Translations under genes and position numbers: made by a program
From: an uncultured delta proteobacterium
Lineage (GTDB): Bacteria; Myxococcota_A; UBA9160; SZUA-336
NCBI GenBank assembly: GCA_963707945.1
Contig: CAVPRM010000002.1
Span: 378,862 to 442,861 of the forward strand
Length of the DNA stretch: 64,000 bases
Reading direction: 5' to 3'
Part shown: piece by piece, positions 34,065 to 44,176 of the stretch
Numbering within the stretch: position 1 is the stretch's first letter
Layout of the letters: every line of letters starts with the position of its first letter
The notes under the pieces: model-generated
The model's database searches: none
Seen by the model: only the letters and a program-made list of their open reading frames with translations
Told to the model about the DNA's origin: nothing

Positions 34065-34573
34065 GACTCCTGGTCCGCGAACCTGCCCTTGTAGATCGCG
34101 CTCCCCTCGGTCCTCTGCAGGACGATCTGACAGATCCGGATGCCCGGATGGATGGCGAGCGCGCGGCCTGACACGTTGCTCATCTCGAGCACCTGGTGGT
34201 TCGAGACGCCGGGCTGAACGAAGCCCGAGCTCACGTGCACCGTCAGCCCGAGCCGCGCGATCCGGCTGCGCCCTTCGATCCACGCGCACAGGTCGGGCGG
34301 CAGGAACAGGCGCTCGCGGGTGATTCCGTGCACGGTGTGCCCGGGCGCGAGCACGTAGGGCTTCTCGAACGCGATCACCCGCGTGAAGGCGTCGGGCGTG
34401 GCGTCGTCCGTGACGTCGATCGGTCCGTTCGTGTTCTCGAGCGGCACGCGCAGCTCGTCGCCGAGGTGCAGGTCGATCGAGGCGGCGCCGACCTGCTCGA
34501 GCGAGAACGGCTCCAGGCGCAGCCGGCCGCTCGCCAGCTCGCGCAGGATCGCATCGCGGGTCAGAACGCTCAT
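34058..34573 (-). CDS. dcd: dCTP deaminase
   Basis: MSVLTRDAILRELASGRL...IDLHLGDE...GFV.PG...LE.SN, the Dcd/dUTPase fold. ~171 aa. Confidence 0.85.
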   Translation of the reverse strand: MSVLTRDAILRELASGRLRLEPFSLEQVGAASIDLHLGDELRVPLENTNGPIDVTDDATPDAFTRVIAFEKPYVLAPGHTVHGITRERLFLPPDLCAWIEGRSRIARLGLTVHVSSGFVQPGVSNHQVLEMSNVSGRALAIHPGIRICQIVLQRTEGSAIYKGRFADQESP

Positions 34574-34635
34574 GGGCCTCGCGGAAACTCGCCGGTCCGG
34601 CGCGCTTGTCAACTCGGCGCGCCGCCCCTTAGCGT

Positions 34636-35427
34636 GTGCTCGTGCATCCCTACTTCGACATTCCGCGCCCGCACCTGTTCGCGCACCGGGGCGCTAGCGG
34701 CGAGGCGCCGGAGAACACGCGGGCCGCCTTCGAGCGCGCGGTCGCGCTGGGCATCCGCTACCTCGAGATGGACTGCCACGCGACCGCCGACGGCGAGCTC
34801 GTCGTGCTCCACGACGCCGACCTGGCGCGCACGACCGATGCCGAGGGGCCGGTGCGCGAGCGGCGCTTCGCGGAGCTCGAGCGGATCGACGCGGGCCATC
34901 GCTTCACCCCCGACGGCGGGAAGACCTTCCCGTTCCGCGGCCGCGGCGTTCGCATCCCGCGCCTGGTCGAGATCCTCGCGGCGTTTCCCGAGGCGCGAAT
35001 CAACCTCGAGGTGAAGCAGGACGAGCCGCCGATCGCGGAGGAGGTCGTGCGCGCGGTCCGGCGGGCCGGCGCCGAAGGTCGGGTGCTCTTGGCGGCCGAG
35101 GATGAGGCGGTGCTGGCGAAGCTGCGCGCACTCGATCCGGGCACCGCTCTCGGCTCGTCGCTGGAGGACGTGGTCGAGTTCGTCCGCGCGGGCGCGGAGG
35201 GGCGGATGGCGAGCCACCGCCCCCGCGGTCACGCGCTGCAGATTCCGCCCGAGGCGCTCGGCCAGCCGCTGGTGACGCCGGAGCTCCTTTCCGCCGCCCG
35301 ACACCACGGGGTGTTCGTCCACGTGTGGACGATCAACGAGCCGGCCGAGATGCAGCGGCTCTTCGCGCTGGGCTGCGACGGCGTCATGTCGGACTTTCCG
35401 GCTCGGCTGATCGCGGCGGCGCGCTGA
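34636..35427 (+). CDS. Glycerophosphodiester phosphodiesterase (GDPD family)
   Basis: [12 protein letters not shown], ...[19 protein letters not shown]... and ...VWTINE... motifs. Confidence 0.85.
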   Translation: MLVHPYFDIPRPHLFAHRGASGEAPENTRAAFERAVALGIRYLEMDCHATADGELVVLHDADLARTTDAEGPVRERRFAELERIDAGHRFTPDGGKTFPFRGRGVRIPRLVEILAAFPEARINLEVKQDEPPIAEEVVRAVRRAGAEGRVLLAAEDEAVLAKLRALDPGTALGSSLEDVVEFVRAGAEGRMASHRPRGHALQIPPEALGQPLVTPELLSAARHHGVFVHVWTINEPAEMQRLFALGCDGVMSDFPARLIAAAR

Positions 35428-36477
35428 GCCGGTCGAACGCCCAGCGCGCGGCGTCGGCGAGCACGGGATCCGCGGCGCCGAGCCAGCGCTCGACCGCCGC
35501 GAGCAGCGCGGGAGAGGCCGAGTTGCCCGCCGCCACGAGCGCGTTCCGGCGCAGCCCCGCGGGCCCGGTGCGCTCTAGCGCGGAGTCCGCGAGCCGGGCC
35601 TCGAGCGCGACGTCGTCGAGCGCGAGCAGCTCCGCCAGCGCAGGCGCCCGCCACTCCGGCCGCGGCGCGAACTCCGCGTCGCCGGCGAGCGGCCGCGCGC
35701 GCCGCTGGTTCCAGGGACAGACCTCCTGGCAGAGATCGCAGCCGTAGAGATGCGCGCCCATCGCCCGCGCGCAGCTCGCGCGGGATCTCGCCGCGCTTCT
35801 CGATCGTGAGGTACGAGATGCAGCGCCGCGCGTCGAGCACGCGCTCTTCGGGGAAGGCGTCGGTCGGGCAGGCGTCGAGACAGGCGCGGCAGCTCCCGCA
35901 GTGGTCGAGCGCCGGCGCGTCGGGCGGAAGCTCGAGGTCGCACAGCACGACCCCGAGAAACAGGTAGGAGCCGAGCTCGGGGTCGATCACGCACGCGTTC
36001 TTGCCGATCCAGCCGATCCCCGCGCGCTCGGCGAGGAACCGCTCGGGGATCGGCCCGGTGTCGACGTACTCCATGAAGCGCCGGCCGGGGAACTCCGCCT
36101 CGAGCCGCGCGACGAACCCGCCGAGCCGCGCGAGGAGCACCTCGTGATAGTCGTCGCCCCACGCGTAGCGCGACACCCAGCCGCGCCCCGGTGTGCGCGG
36201 CGCGCGCGAGTCGGGCTCGCCGGTGTCGTAGGGGAACGCCGCGACCAGCACGCTCTTCGCGCCGGGCAAGGTGCGGGTCAGATCCTCGCGGTCGTCGATG
36301 CGCTTGGCGATCCACCACATCTCGCCGGCGTAGCCGCGCGCGAGCCACTCGCGCACGCGCGCTAGCTCCGGGTAGCGCTCGACCGGGGCGACACCGAAGC
36401 GCGCCAGTCCGAGCTCGCGCGCGAGCGCGTCGATGCGCGCGCGGTTTCGCGTGGACTCGGGCTCGATCGGTGGCTCC
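35384..36477 (-). pseudogene. queG: Epoxyqueuosine reductase QueG (4Fe-4S, cobalamin-dependent), with a frameshift at ~35765; the 5' end and start codon are uncertain
   Basis: [72 protein letters not shown], then an extra G. The frame resumes as [18 protein letters not shown]... in the ORF 35384..35761. No canonical start codon is found after the GGAGGAG near 36480. Confidence 0.8.
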
Positions 36478-36518
36478 TCCCTGGCCGGAGGGTAACGGCT
36501 CGTGCGATCGTCGCGCGC

Positions 36519-37007
36519 ATGCGCGGCATCCCGCTCGCCACCCGCGAGGACCTCCACGTCGCCCTGGTCTCGCCCGAGATTCCCTGGAACACCGGGAACG
36601 CGGGCCGGACCTGCCTGGCCGCGGGAGCGCAGCTGCACCTGATCGAGCCGCTCGGCTTCTCGCTGGCCGCGCGCCCGGTGCGCCGCGCCGGCCTCGACTA
36701 CTGGCCGCGCGTCGCGCCGCGGACGTGGCCGGACTGGGCGAGCTTCGAGGCCGCGTTGCCCGAGCTGGGCGAGCCCTGGTTCTTGTCGGCCGACGCCGAG
36801 CGCACGCTCTGGGACGCGCCGGCGAGCGCGCGCACGGTGCTCGTGTTCGGGCGCGAGAGCACGGGGCTGCCGCGTGAGATCCGCGAGAAATGGCGCGAAC
36901 GGCTGGTCGGGTTCCCGATGGCCGACCCCGGCCTGCGCTCGCTCAACCTGTCGACCTGCGTCGCGCTCGCCGTCTACGAGACCCTGCGCAGACGGCGCCC
37001 GATCTAG
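36519..37007 (+). CDS. trmL: SPOUT-family tRNA (cytidine/uridine-2'-O)-methyltransferase TrmL-like
   Basis: 162 aa: [33 protein letters not shown]...[11 protein letters not shown]...[14 protein letters not shown], the TrmL/SpoU motifs. Confidence 0.8.
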   Translation: MRGIPLATREDLHVALVSPEIPWNTGNAGRTCLAAGAQLHLIEPLGFSLAARPVRRAGLDYWPRVAPRTWPDWASFEAALPELGEPWFLSADAERTLWDAPASARTVLVFGRESTGLPREIREKWRERLVGFPMADPGLRSLNLSTCVALAVYETLRRRRPI

Positions 37008-37440
37008 TTGAAGACGACGACCGCCTCGCCCGGGGTCGTCTTCTTCCCCTTCGCGTTCTCGGTCCAGATCTCGAGCTGCGCGAGCTTCTCGCCGCCCTCT
37101 TCCCACTTCCGCTTCACGGTGCCGCGGCAGCTGATCGGCTGGTTGGGCAGGTCCATGCCGCGGTACTGGCAGGAGAGCTTCTGGATGCGCCCGCCGTGGC
37201 CGAGCCAGTTCGAGACCAGCTCGCCGAGCGAGGCGTACTTGAAGCGGCCGTGCACGATGATCGAGCCGATCTGCTTCGCCTGCGGGAAGTTGTAGTCGTG
37301 GTGCAGCGGGTTGAAGTCGCCCGAGCCCGCCGCGTACTTCACGAGCTGCGTCACGCCCGGCGCCTTGTCGAGCTCGCGGCAGCGCCTCGCCTTCCTTGAT
37401 CGTCGTCCCAAGTGATCGCCATCGTCGCTCCTCCCTAGTA
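37004..37440 (-). pseudogene. MaoC-like (R)-specific enoyl-CoA hydratase hotdog-fold protein, C-terminal type, with 2 frameshifts in its first ~15 codons
   Basis: The body is intact ([20 protein letters not shown]...). The expected N-terminus [22 protein letters not shown] is split over three frames: [12 protein letters not shown], then [10 protein letters not shown], then RELDKAPGV. Confidence 0.7.
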
Positions 37441-37934
37441 GAAGATCGCCTGGCCGCGCTGCACGCGCGACGAGCTTCCCGTCTCTGGTTGGTGTACGTC
37501 GTCTCGCTGGTCGTGATCAGCATCTTGCCGAGCGACTTGCGTCTCGCGGACGTCGAGGCCCGCGACCTTGCTCGACCACCGTCAGCGTGTCGCCGGCGCA
37601 GATCTGGTCGAAGTACTCGGTCTCGGTGCCGCCGTCGAGCAGGCCCGGAGAGCCGTGCTCGGATCGCCGGCTGGCCGCTCGGTCGGCCCGCTGAACGTGT
37701 CGCTCGAGCGCCCGGGATGAACACCGGCGTGCCCAGGTAGGTGGGCGGCGCCGGCAGGCTGCGGTAGCCGGCCTTCCGCGCCGCGTCGACGTCGAAGTAG
37801 ACGGGGTCGGTGTAGCCGACGCCGCGCGCGAAGGCGCGCACGCTCGTCGTCGTGACCTCGTGGGTCCACGGCGGCGACTCGCGCGCCGATCTGCGCGCGC
37901 ATCTCGTCGGTGATCTCGAACTCCTTGGCCATGG
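37441..37934 (-). pseudogene. MaoC-N-like hotdog-fold protein, heavily disrupted (at least 6 frameshifts in ~500 bp)
   Basis: Collinear fragments across all three frames: [17 protein letters not shown]; [57 protein letters not shown]; [16 protein letters not shown]; [30 protein letters not shown]; VAGLDVRET; [18 protein letters not shown]; then ...VQRGQAIFY*. Confidence 0.7.
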
Positions 37935-38001
37935 TATTGCTCCGCTGTTTGCGCTGAACCTCGGGAAGTGTAAACCAAACGCCCGGGGGACCGCGCGCCG
38001 C

Positions 38002-38508
38002 ATGAGCAAGAGACGCAACGGGCCGATGCTCACGCCTGCCCAGGTGCTCGAGCGCTACGAGGCCGGGCCGAAGAACGGCGTCTTCACCGACGGCGCGTGC
38101 GAGGGGAACCCGGGCCCGGGCGGCTGGGCGTTCGTCTGGGTCGAGGACGACAAGGTGCGCGCCGAGGCGCACGGCAGCGACCCCGCGACCACCAACAACC
38201 GCATGGAGCTGACGGCGCTGATCGAGGCGTACGGGCGCTGCCGCGGGACGCGCGCGTGACCGTCTACTCCGACAGCCAGCTCTGCGTGAAGACGATCAAC
38301 GAGTGGGCCGAGGCCTGGGAGGAGCGCGGCTGGCGCCGCAAGACGGGGCCGATCGCGAACCTCGAGCTCGTGCAGGAGCTGTACGCGCCTGGCCGGCGCA
38401 CACCCGAACGTGTCGCTCGAGTGGATCCGCGCGCACGACGGCTCGCGCTGGAACGAGTACGTCGACGCGCTGGCCAACTCGTTCCTGCGCGAACGCTCGG
38501 CGCGCTAG
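38002..38508 (+). pseudogene. rnhA: Ribonuclease HI, with two frameshifts (~38246, ~38390)
   Basis: [40 protein letters not shown], then an extra G. Next [34 protein letters not shown], then an extra C. Finally LAGAHPNVSLEWIRAHDGSRWNEYVDALAN...SAR*. Confidence 0.85.
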
Positions 38509-39210
38509 ACCGGGACGACGGCTCCGCGCACGGTCGCTCCCGCGTCGCTCGCCAGCCAGTAGATGACCTCGGCGATCGCGCGCCGGCGGCGTCCACTGCG
38601 AGAAGTCGGCGGTCGGCATGGCGGCTCGATTCGCCGGCGTGTCGATCGTGGAGGGCACGATCGTGTTCACGCGCACACCGCGCTCGGCCACTTCCTTCTG
38701 CAGGATCTCCGCGAGCGACAGCACCGCGCGCTTCGCCGTCGCGTACGCAGAGAGCCCCGCGGGCAGCTCGAGCGCCGCGCGCGAGGCGATGTTCACGATC
38801 GAGCCGCGCTTGCGCGCGAGCATCCCGGGCAGCACCGCGCGCGCGAGCGACACCGCCGTTCGAAGATTCATCCGGTACATGCGGTCCCAGAGATCGAGGT
38901 CGCGTCTCGTGCACCAGCTGTCCGCCCCCGAATCCACCGACGCCGTTCACCAGCGCATCGACGTTGGGCAGCGCTTCCGCGGCGCGCCGCGCGCCCGCCT
39001 CCTCGGCGACGTCGCACTCGACCGGGACGATGCGCCCCCGGCGGATCGCCTCGGCCTCCTCGGCCTCGAGGAGGTCGCAGCTCGCGCTTCACGATCCAGG
39101 GCACGATCGCGCGATCGCCCGCGGCGACGAAACGCGCGACCACCGCGCGGCCGAGGGCACCCGTTCCACCGCTGATCAGCACCGCGCGTCCCGAGTCGAG
39201 CTCTGGCATC
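38506..39210 (-). pseudogene. Short-chain dehydrogenase/reductase (SDR), with at least 3 frameshifts
   Basis: MPELDSGRAVLISGGTGALGRAVVARFVAAGDRAIV (Rossmann), then a shift. Next LLEAEEAEAIRRGRIVPVECDV..VNGVGGFGGG, then a shift. Next WDRMYRMNLRT...NIASRAAL..YATAKRAV..IVPSTIDTPAN, then a shift. Ends ...AIAEVIYWLASDAGATVRGAVVPV*. The stop overlaps the rnhA stop (CTAG). Confidence 0.8.
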
Positions 39211-39407
39211 GGAACAGAGTACCCGATGGGCGCCGCGTCGTTACGATGTAAACGGAACCCTTTACTCCGATCCACATCTCTCTTATATCCAGAAGTGCAG
39301 GGCCCGGCCCGAGTTCTGCCGAACTCGGGCGCCAAGCGACAACGAGAGGCCTTTTCTAGACCGATCGTTCTGCAGCGCGTCGCTTGGATTCCAAGACAGG
39401 AGTTGCG

Positions 39408-40206
39408 ATGAGTGCCCCCGCCGAGTCGCTCCTGCGACCGGTCTCCGTCTCGCTCCGGAGCACGCCCGCTCGGGACGTGAGCCTCCCCGACCCCGGCTCC
39501 CAGAACGGCAAGGAGGCCGGCTATTGCCTGGTCGAGGACGGCGGCGCACTCCGACAGGTGCGTTTCCGCGGCGATTCGCGGCTCTGGGACTGGCCAGGCG
39601 TCTTCGAGCACCTGGTGCGGACCCTGCTGCGGGGAAATGCTCCGGGGGCGCTTTGCCACCTTCTCGACCGCCAGCTCCGCAGCGACGGGAGTTCGACCTA
39701 CGGACCTGCGTGTGATCGATCTGGGCGCGGGCAACGGCTGGATGGGTGAGGAGCTGTCGTCGCTCGGCTGCACCGAGATCGTCGGCGTCGACGCGATCCC
39801 GGCTGCGGCGGCCGCGGCCGACCGCGACCACCCGGACGTGTACCGCGACTATCTGGTGCTCGACATGCGCCGCCTCTCCGAGGCGCAGCGCGACGAGCTG
39901 ATGGCCTACGACTTCAACTGCATGGTCTGCGTCGACCCCCTCGCCGCCGACGAGCCAGCGCCGAACTCCTTCACCGAGGCGTTCAACCTGCTCGCGCCCG
40001 AGGGCTGGGCCGCCTTCCACCTGAACGCGGAGACCGCCGAGGGCGGCCGCGACTCGCGCTTCGCGCGCCTGGTGCACCGGATGATCCAGAGCGGCGCGAT
40101 GACCGTCGCCTCGCAGCAGCGCTACCGGCACCGCTTCTCGACGTACGGGGCGCCGCTCTTCCACGTCGCGGTGATCGCGCGAAAAGTCCGAGATTTCGAG
40201 CCCTAG
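39408..40206 (+). pseudogene. Class I SAM-dependent methyltransferase with an N-terminal extension, frameshift at ~39640-39700
   Basis: N-terminal piece MSAPAESLLRPVSV...FEHLVRTLL in one frame. Motif I VIDLGAGNGWMGEEL and the rest (..MVCVDPL..) in the ORF 39637..40206. Confidence 0.7.
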
Positions 40207-40280
40207 CGGGGCCCGGCCAGGCTGAGCCCGGCCACCCGCGCTTCGCTCGGCTTCGCCTCCTCCCGAGGCCCCTTGTTTCG

Positions 40281-40317
40281 TTGACAATTGCTCATCGCTG
40301 ATAAATGATCAGCGACG
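40281..40317 (+). promoter_or_regulatory. Candidate sigma-70-type promoter (-35 TTGACA) with a perfect 8-bp inverted-repeat operator overlapping the -10/TSS, immediately 5' of the tetR start codon
   Basis: TTGACA at 40281-40286. TCGCTGAT-AAATG-ATCAGCGA at 40295-40315. ATG at 40318. Confidence 0.55.
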
Positions 40318-40953
40318 ATGATTGCTCAGCTCGAGACCGGGTCGCGGCGGGACCGCCAGAAGGCGGAGACTCGGGCTCGGCTGTTGGCTGCGGCGCGCGC
40401 GCTCTTCGCTCAGCGCGGCTACGACGCTACCCGGCCCCAGGACATTGCTCGCGCGGCGGACGTCGCGATCGGGACCTTCTACCTGTACTTCGCCGACAAG
40501 CGGGCTGCCTTCCTCGCGTTCACCGAGGAGGCTTCGCACGAGCTGATGGAGGGCGTGCGCGCGCGGATCGCCGGCGCCGCCGGGTTCGAGGCGAAGCTCT
40601 TGGGATCACTCGAGGCGATCGTGGAGTTCTCGGACGCCCATCCCGGCGTGCTCGCGGCGGCCTTCGCCGATGCGGCGGTGCTCGCCTCGGGACTGCCCAG
40701 CGGCACGAGTCTGCGCGACCGGCTGGCGCAATCGCTGGCGGGCGGGCTCCGCGAGGGCATGCGGCGCGGCGAGCTGCGCCGCGACTACGACGCCGCGGTG
40801 ATCGCGAACGCGATCGTCGGGCTCGTCCAGCAGGGCCTGCGCTTCGGCGCGCAATCCAAGCTCGAGCGCCACGAGCTGCTCGAGAACCTGGTCCGTTTCT
40901 GCGCGCGCGCGCTGGTCGCGCCGGCGCGCGGCACTCGAAAGGAGTCGCGATGA
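40318..40953 (+). CDS. TetR/AcrR-family transcriptional regulator
   Basis: N-terminal HTH (RQKAETRARLLAAARALFAQRGYDATRPQDIARAADVAIGTFYLYF). 211 aa. The stop overlaps the downstream ATG (ATGA). Confidence 0.85.
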   Translation: MIAQLETGSRRDRQKAETRARLLAAARALFAQRGYDATRPQDIARAADVAIGTFYLYFADKRAAFLAFTEEASHELMEGVRARIAGAAGFEAKLLGSLEAIVEFSDAHPGVLAAAFADAAVLASGLPSGTSLRDRLAQSLAGGLREGMRRGELRRDYDAAVIANAIVGLVQQGLRFGAQSKLERHELLENLVRFCARALVAPARGTRKESR

Positions 40954-41972
40954 CCCGTCTCCAGTACACCCAGGACGAGCTGATGCGGACGCACGACTAC
41001 GCGCGCCCGCAGGTCGAGGCCGGCCACCGCATTCACGGCGGCTTCGACGCGAGCGGGCGCTACATCCCGCCGCGCATCCTGGTGCGCCAGCCGGCGCTCG
41101 ACGCCTGGACCGAGGCGCTGCGCGCGCGCGGCGGCGACCTGCTCCCGGCCGACTCGTCGCTGCTGTCCGGCGTGCGCTACCCGTCGGACGCGCAGCAGAA
41201 GCTTCTGATCAGCGAGGGCCTGGGCCAGACGTTCTGGAACTCACTCACGATCATCGGAATGATCGAGGCGCGCGGCCGCGTGCTGGCCGACATGGTGTTC
41301 CCCGAGTTCAAGGACGCCGTGGTGCAGGACGTCTCCGATCTCGCGATCGGCCACCTGAACCGCGGGCTGCTCCGCGCGCACGGGCTGGACGAGGGCGGCG
41401 AGCCCGAGGCCGGGATCGGCGGCCACGACATCATGTGGTTCGCGCTGCGCGACCTGGCCTTCGGCAAGACCGAGTACCCGCAGCCCGTCGTGCCCGACAA
41501 CATCGCTCGGCCCGACGCGAGCGTGCCGGTGTTCCCTGACCTGCCGATCCAGTACGAGCGGCTGGTCTACTTCCTACTGAACCTGCTCATGATCGAGTTC
41601 CGCGCCGAGCGCGGCTTCTCCTCGACCGAGCGCCTGCTCCGCGATCCGGACCTGTTCAAGACTCGCCGCGCCGAGGCCGAGCGCGCGGCCGACATCGTGA
41701 ACCGGATCCGCACCGACGAGGAGGTGCACGTGCACTCGCTGCGCCTCTACCTCGGCGAGCTGCGCACGCTCGACTTCAAGACGAGAGACGGCAAGACCCG
41801 CTCGGGCCGCGACATCGTGGACACGCTCTGGGAAGGCATCGTGAAGTGGGCGACGATCGAGCAGCCGCCGCTCGCGGCCGCGCAGCAGAAGCAGGTGCTC
41901 CTGCAGCGGATCGCCGCGCATCCCGAGGCCGAGCGCGTGCGCCGCGAGTTCCTCGCGCTCGAAGACCGCTAG
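40951..41972 (+). CDS. Hypothetical cytoplasmic protein (334 aa) cotranscribed with the TetR regulator; possible ferritin-like/diiron fold (speculative)
   Basis: Translationally coupled to tetR. Contains repeated MIE(A/F)R(G/A) segments and DEEVHVHSL (ExxH). No confident family assignment. Confidence 0.5.
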
Positions 41973-42610
41973 GCGGGAGCCAGCAGCTCGAAGCCGAGCG
42001 CCATGTCGAGCTCGCCGAGCGCCTGCTCGGGCGCGTCGACCTTGATCGTGTGCATGCCGAGCGCGCGCGCGGCCTTCAGGTTCGCGCCGATGTCGTCCAG
42101 GAAGATCGCCTGCGGCGGCAGGACGCCGAGCTCCTTGCACGCGTGCTGGTAGATGCGCGGGTCCGGCTTGCGCAGGCCCAGGATCGCCGACTCGACGAAC
42201 GAGTCGAACAGCTCGCGGAGCTCGAGCCCGAGCCGCGACTCCGCCGGCTGATCCGACACCCAGTTGTTGGTGAGTGCGCCGATGCGCAGGCCGCGGGCGC
42301 GCAGGGCTCGGATCGCCGCGAGCATGCGCGGGCGCGGCTGCGACTCCTCGCGGATCGCCTCCATCATGGGCGCCGCGGCGACCCGCTCGCCCGCCGCGAG
42401 GCAGTCGGCCTCGAACGCGGGAATGAAGTCGGGCACCGCCAGCTCGCCGCGCTCCAGCCGCGACCACGCGCCGGTCGGCCCGCTCGAGACGACGACCCGG
42501 TTGATGAAGCCCGCCGGCAGAGCGCACGCGCGCTCGTAGCGCGCGATCGCGTGCAGCGGCGAGCCCAGCACGACTCCGCCCAGATCGAAGATCACTGCTG
42601 CAAAACGCAT
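41969..42610 (-). CDS. HAD-superfamily hydrolase (epoxide-hydrolase N-terminal-domain-like)
   Basis: Motif I VIFDLGGVV. The C-terminal motif ...IFLDDIGANLKAA... 213 aa. Confidence 0.75.
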   Translation of the reverse strand: MRFAAVIFDLGGVVLGSPLHAIARYERACALPAGFINRVVVSSGPTGAWSRLERGELAVPDFIPAFEADCLAAGERVAAAPMMEAIREESQPRPRMLAAIRALRARGLRIGALTNNWVSDQPAESRLGLELRELFDSFVESAILGLRKPDPRIYQHACKELGVLPPQAIFLDDIGANLKAARALGMHTIKVDAPEQALGELDMALGFELLAPA

Positions 42611-42666
42611 CGCCGCGCAGGATACCAGCCGCGCTGGCGCGCCCGCTGGCGACCCGCTACGGATCA

Positions 42667-43203
42667 GTGTCGGGGGTGGAGTTCATCGCGAATCGTGCGC
42701 CAGCGCGCGCGCGGCTGCTGATCGCGCTCGTACCGATGGTCTGGCTCGCGGCCTGTGCCGCACCGGCGCCGACCTGGACGCCCGCGACGCAGCCGCAGTC
42801 GCTCGAGCCGCCGCCTCCGACCTGGGGCTCCGGCTGGAAGGCGGTGAAGTACCTGCCCAACCGGCTCTTCGATCTCACCGACATCGTGCGCATGCAGGTG
42901 CGGGTCGGTCCCGGCTGGGCGCTGGGTCTGCACGCGACCTCGTTCGTGCCGCTGTTCATCGGCGGCTACGACACGACCTGGGTCGGCATCCCCGGCCCGC
43001 GCAGGAGCGCCACGGTCCCACTCCCGTTCGGCCTGGACTCGCAAGGCGGCTTCGTCCTCGGCGGGGGCGAGTACGGCGCCGCCGAGCTCGGCGTCTGCGT
43101 GCACCTCTTCATGATCGGCTTCGACGTCGGCGTCGACCCCCGCGAGCTAGCCGACTTCGGAGCCGGCTTCGCCGGAGTCGACTTCGCGCACGACGACTTC
43201 TGA
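42667..43203 (+). CDS. Hypothetical lipoprotein
   Basis: Signal/lipobox LLIALVPMVWLAACAAP; Gly-rich beta-strand-like segments. 178 aa. Confidence 0.45.
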   Translation: MSGVEFIANRAPARARLLIALVPMVWLAACAAPAPTWTPATQPQSLEPPPPTWGSGWKAVKYLPNRLFDLTDIVRMQVRVGPGWALGLHATSFVPLFIGGYDTTWVGIPGPRRSATVPLPFGLDSQGGFVLGGGEYGAAELGVCVHLFMIGFDVGVDPRELADFGAGFAGVDFAHDDF

Positions 43204-43283
43204 TTGACTTCGCTCGGCTGCGCCTCGCTGCGCGCTTCGCTTGCGACCTCGCTCGGGGCGGCCCTCGCTCGGCCTCGCACTTT
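43202..43283. repeat. Intergenic repeat, copy B (matches 7248-7323)
   Basis: Same orientation on the + strand as copy A. Located between the lipoprotein gene and the 250-aa hypothetical gene. Confidence 0.8.
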
Positions 43284-43421
43284 CGAGCGCACAGCACGAG
43301 AAGACCCGGACTTCCCCTGCGATCAGCGGAGCGACGCGCCGCGCCTGGCGAGCGGCGGCACCTCGAGAGAACCGACCGAGCCCCATCCGGTACACTCCCG
43401 CGCTCGAGCTGGGAGGAGCAG

Positions 43422-44174
43422 ATGGCGAGCGAGTGGACTGACGTCGGCGGCTTCGGCTGCCTGATCTCGGCGGAACCGGCGGAGCGCGGCTGGTTCGCCG
43501 CGGGCTTCCCGATGAAGGACGGCGCGTTCTGGACCTTCCGCGAGCCCGACGCCGTGGTGATCGTCCAGAACGACCGGCTGCGGGTGGCGGCCGTGCCCTT
43601 CTCGCGCGGCCACGACGAGGTCCAGTTCTTCGACAACGCCAAACACATGTACTTCTCGACCCGACCCTTCGAGGCGCCCGTCGGCGGACGGCTCACGGTC
43701 GAGTGGGAGATGTCGGCGCTGATCGTGAACGGCAAGGACGACGATCTCTACGACGGCTTCGTGAGCTTCCATCTGATGGACCTCGCGGCCGGCGTGGCGA
43801 TCGACGTGTTCACCGCCAACCGCACCGTCGCCACCGTGTACGCGCGCCTGCCCTTCCCCGGCGCCAATCCGCCGCGCACCGAGAGCGGGCCGCGCTTCTT
43901 CTCGCTGTTCGACGAGTTCCCCGGCGTCACCGAGCCCGGTCAGCTCCACCGCTACGCGCTGGTGTACGACCGCGGCCAGGCGACGCTCGAGTGGCACATG
44001 GACGGGAAGCTTCTCAAGCGCGAGATCCGGGTTCCGGAGCTCGGCCCGTCGCTCCTCGCGCTCGGCATGATGACCGAGAAGGACATCGTTCCCGGCAAGG
44101 GCAGCGTGTCGTGCCACGGCCAGGGCGCGGTCGCGACCTGGGGCGGCATCCGCGTGAAGACCGAGGCCGGCTAG
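43422..44174 (+). CDS. Hypothetical cytoplasmic protein (250 aa), immediately upstream of the UbiA prenyltransferase
   Basis: No signal peptide. Single uninterrupted ORF. The stop lies 2 bp before the ubiA-family TTG start, suggesting an operon. Confidence 0.5.
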   Translation: MASEWTDVGGFGCLISAEPAERGWFAAGFPMKDGAFWTFREPDAVVIVQNDRLRVAAVPFSRGHDEVQFFDNAKHMYFSTRPFEAPVGGRLTVEWEMSALIVNGKDDDLYDGFVSFHLMDLAAGVAIDVFTANRTVATVYARLPFPGANPPRTESGPRFFSLFDEFPGVTEPGQLHRYALVYDRGQATLEWHMDGKLLKREIRVPELGPSLLALGMMTEKDIVPGKGSVSCHGQGAVATWGGIRVKTEAG

Positions 44175-44176
44175 CG

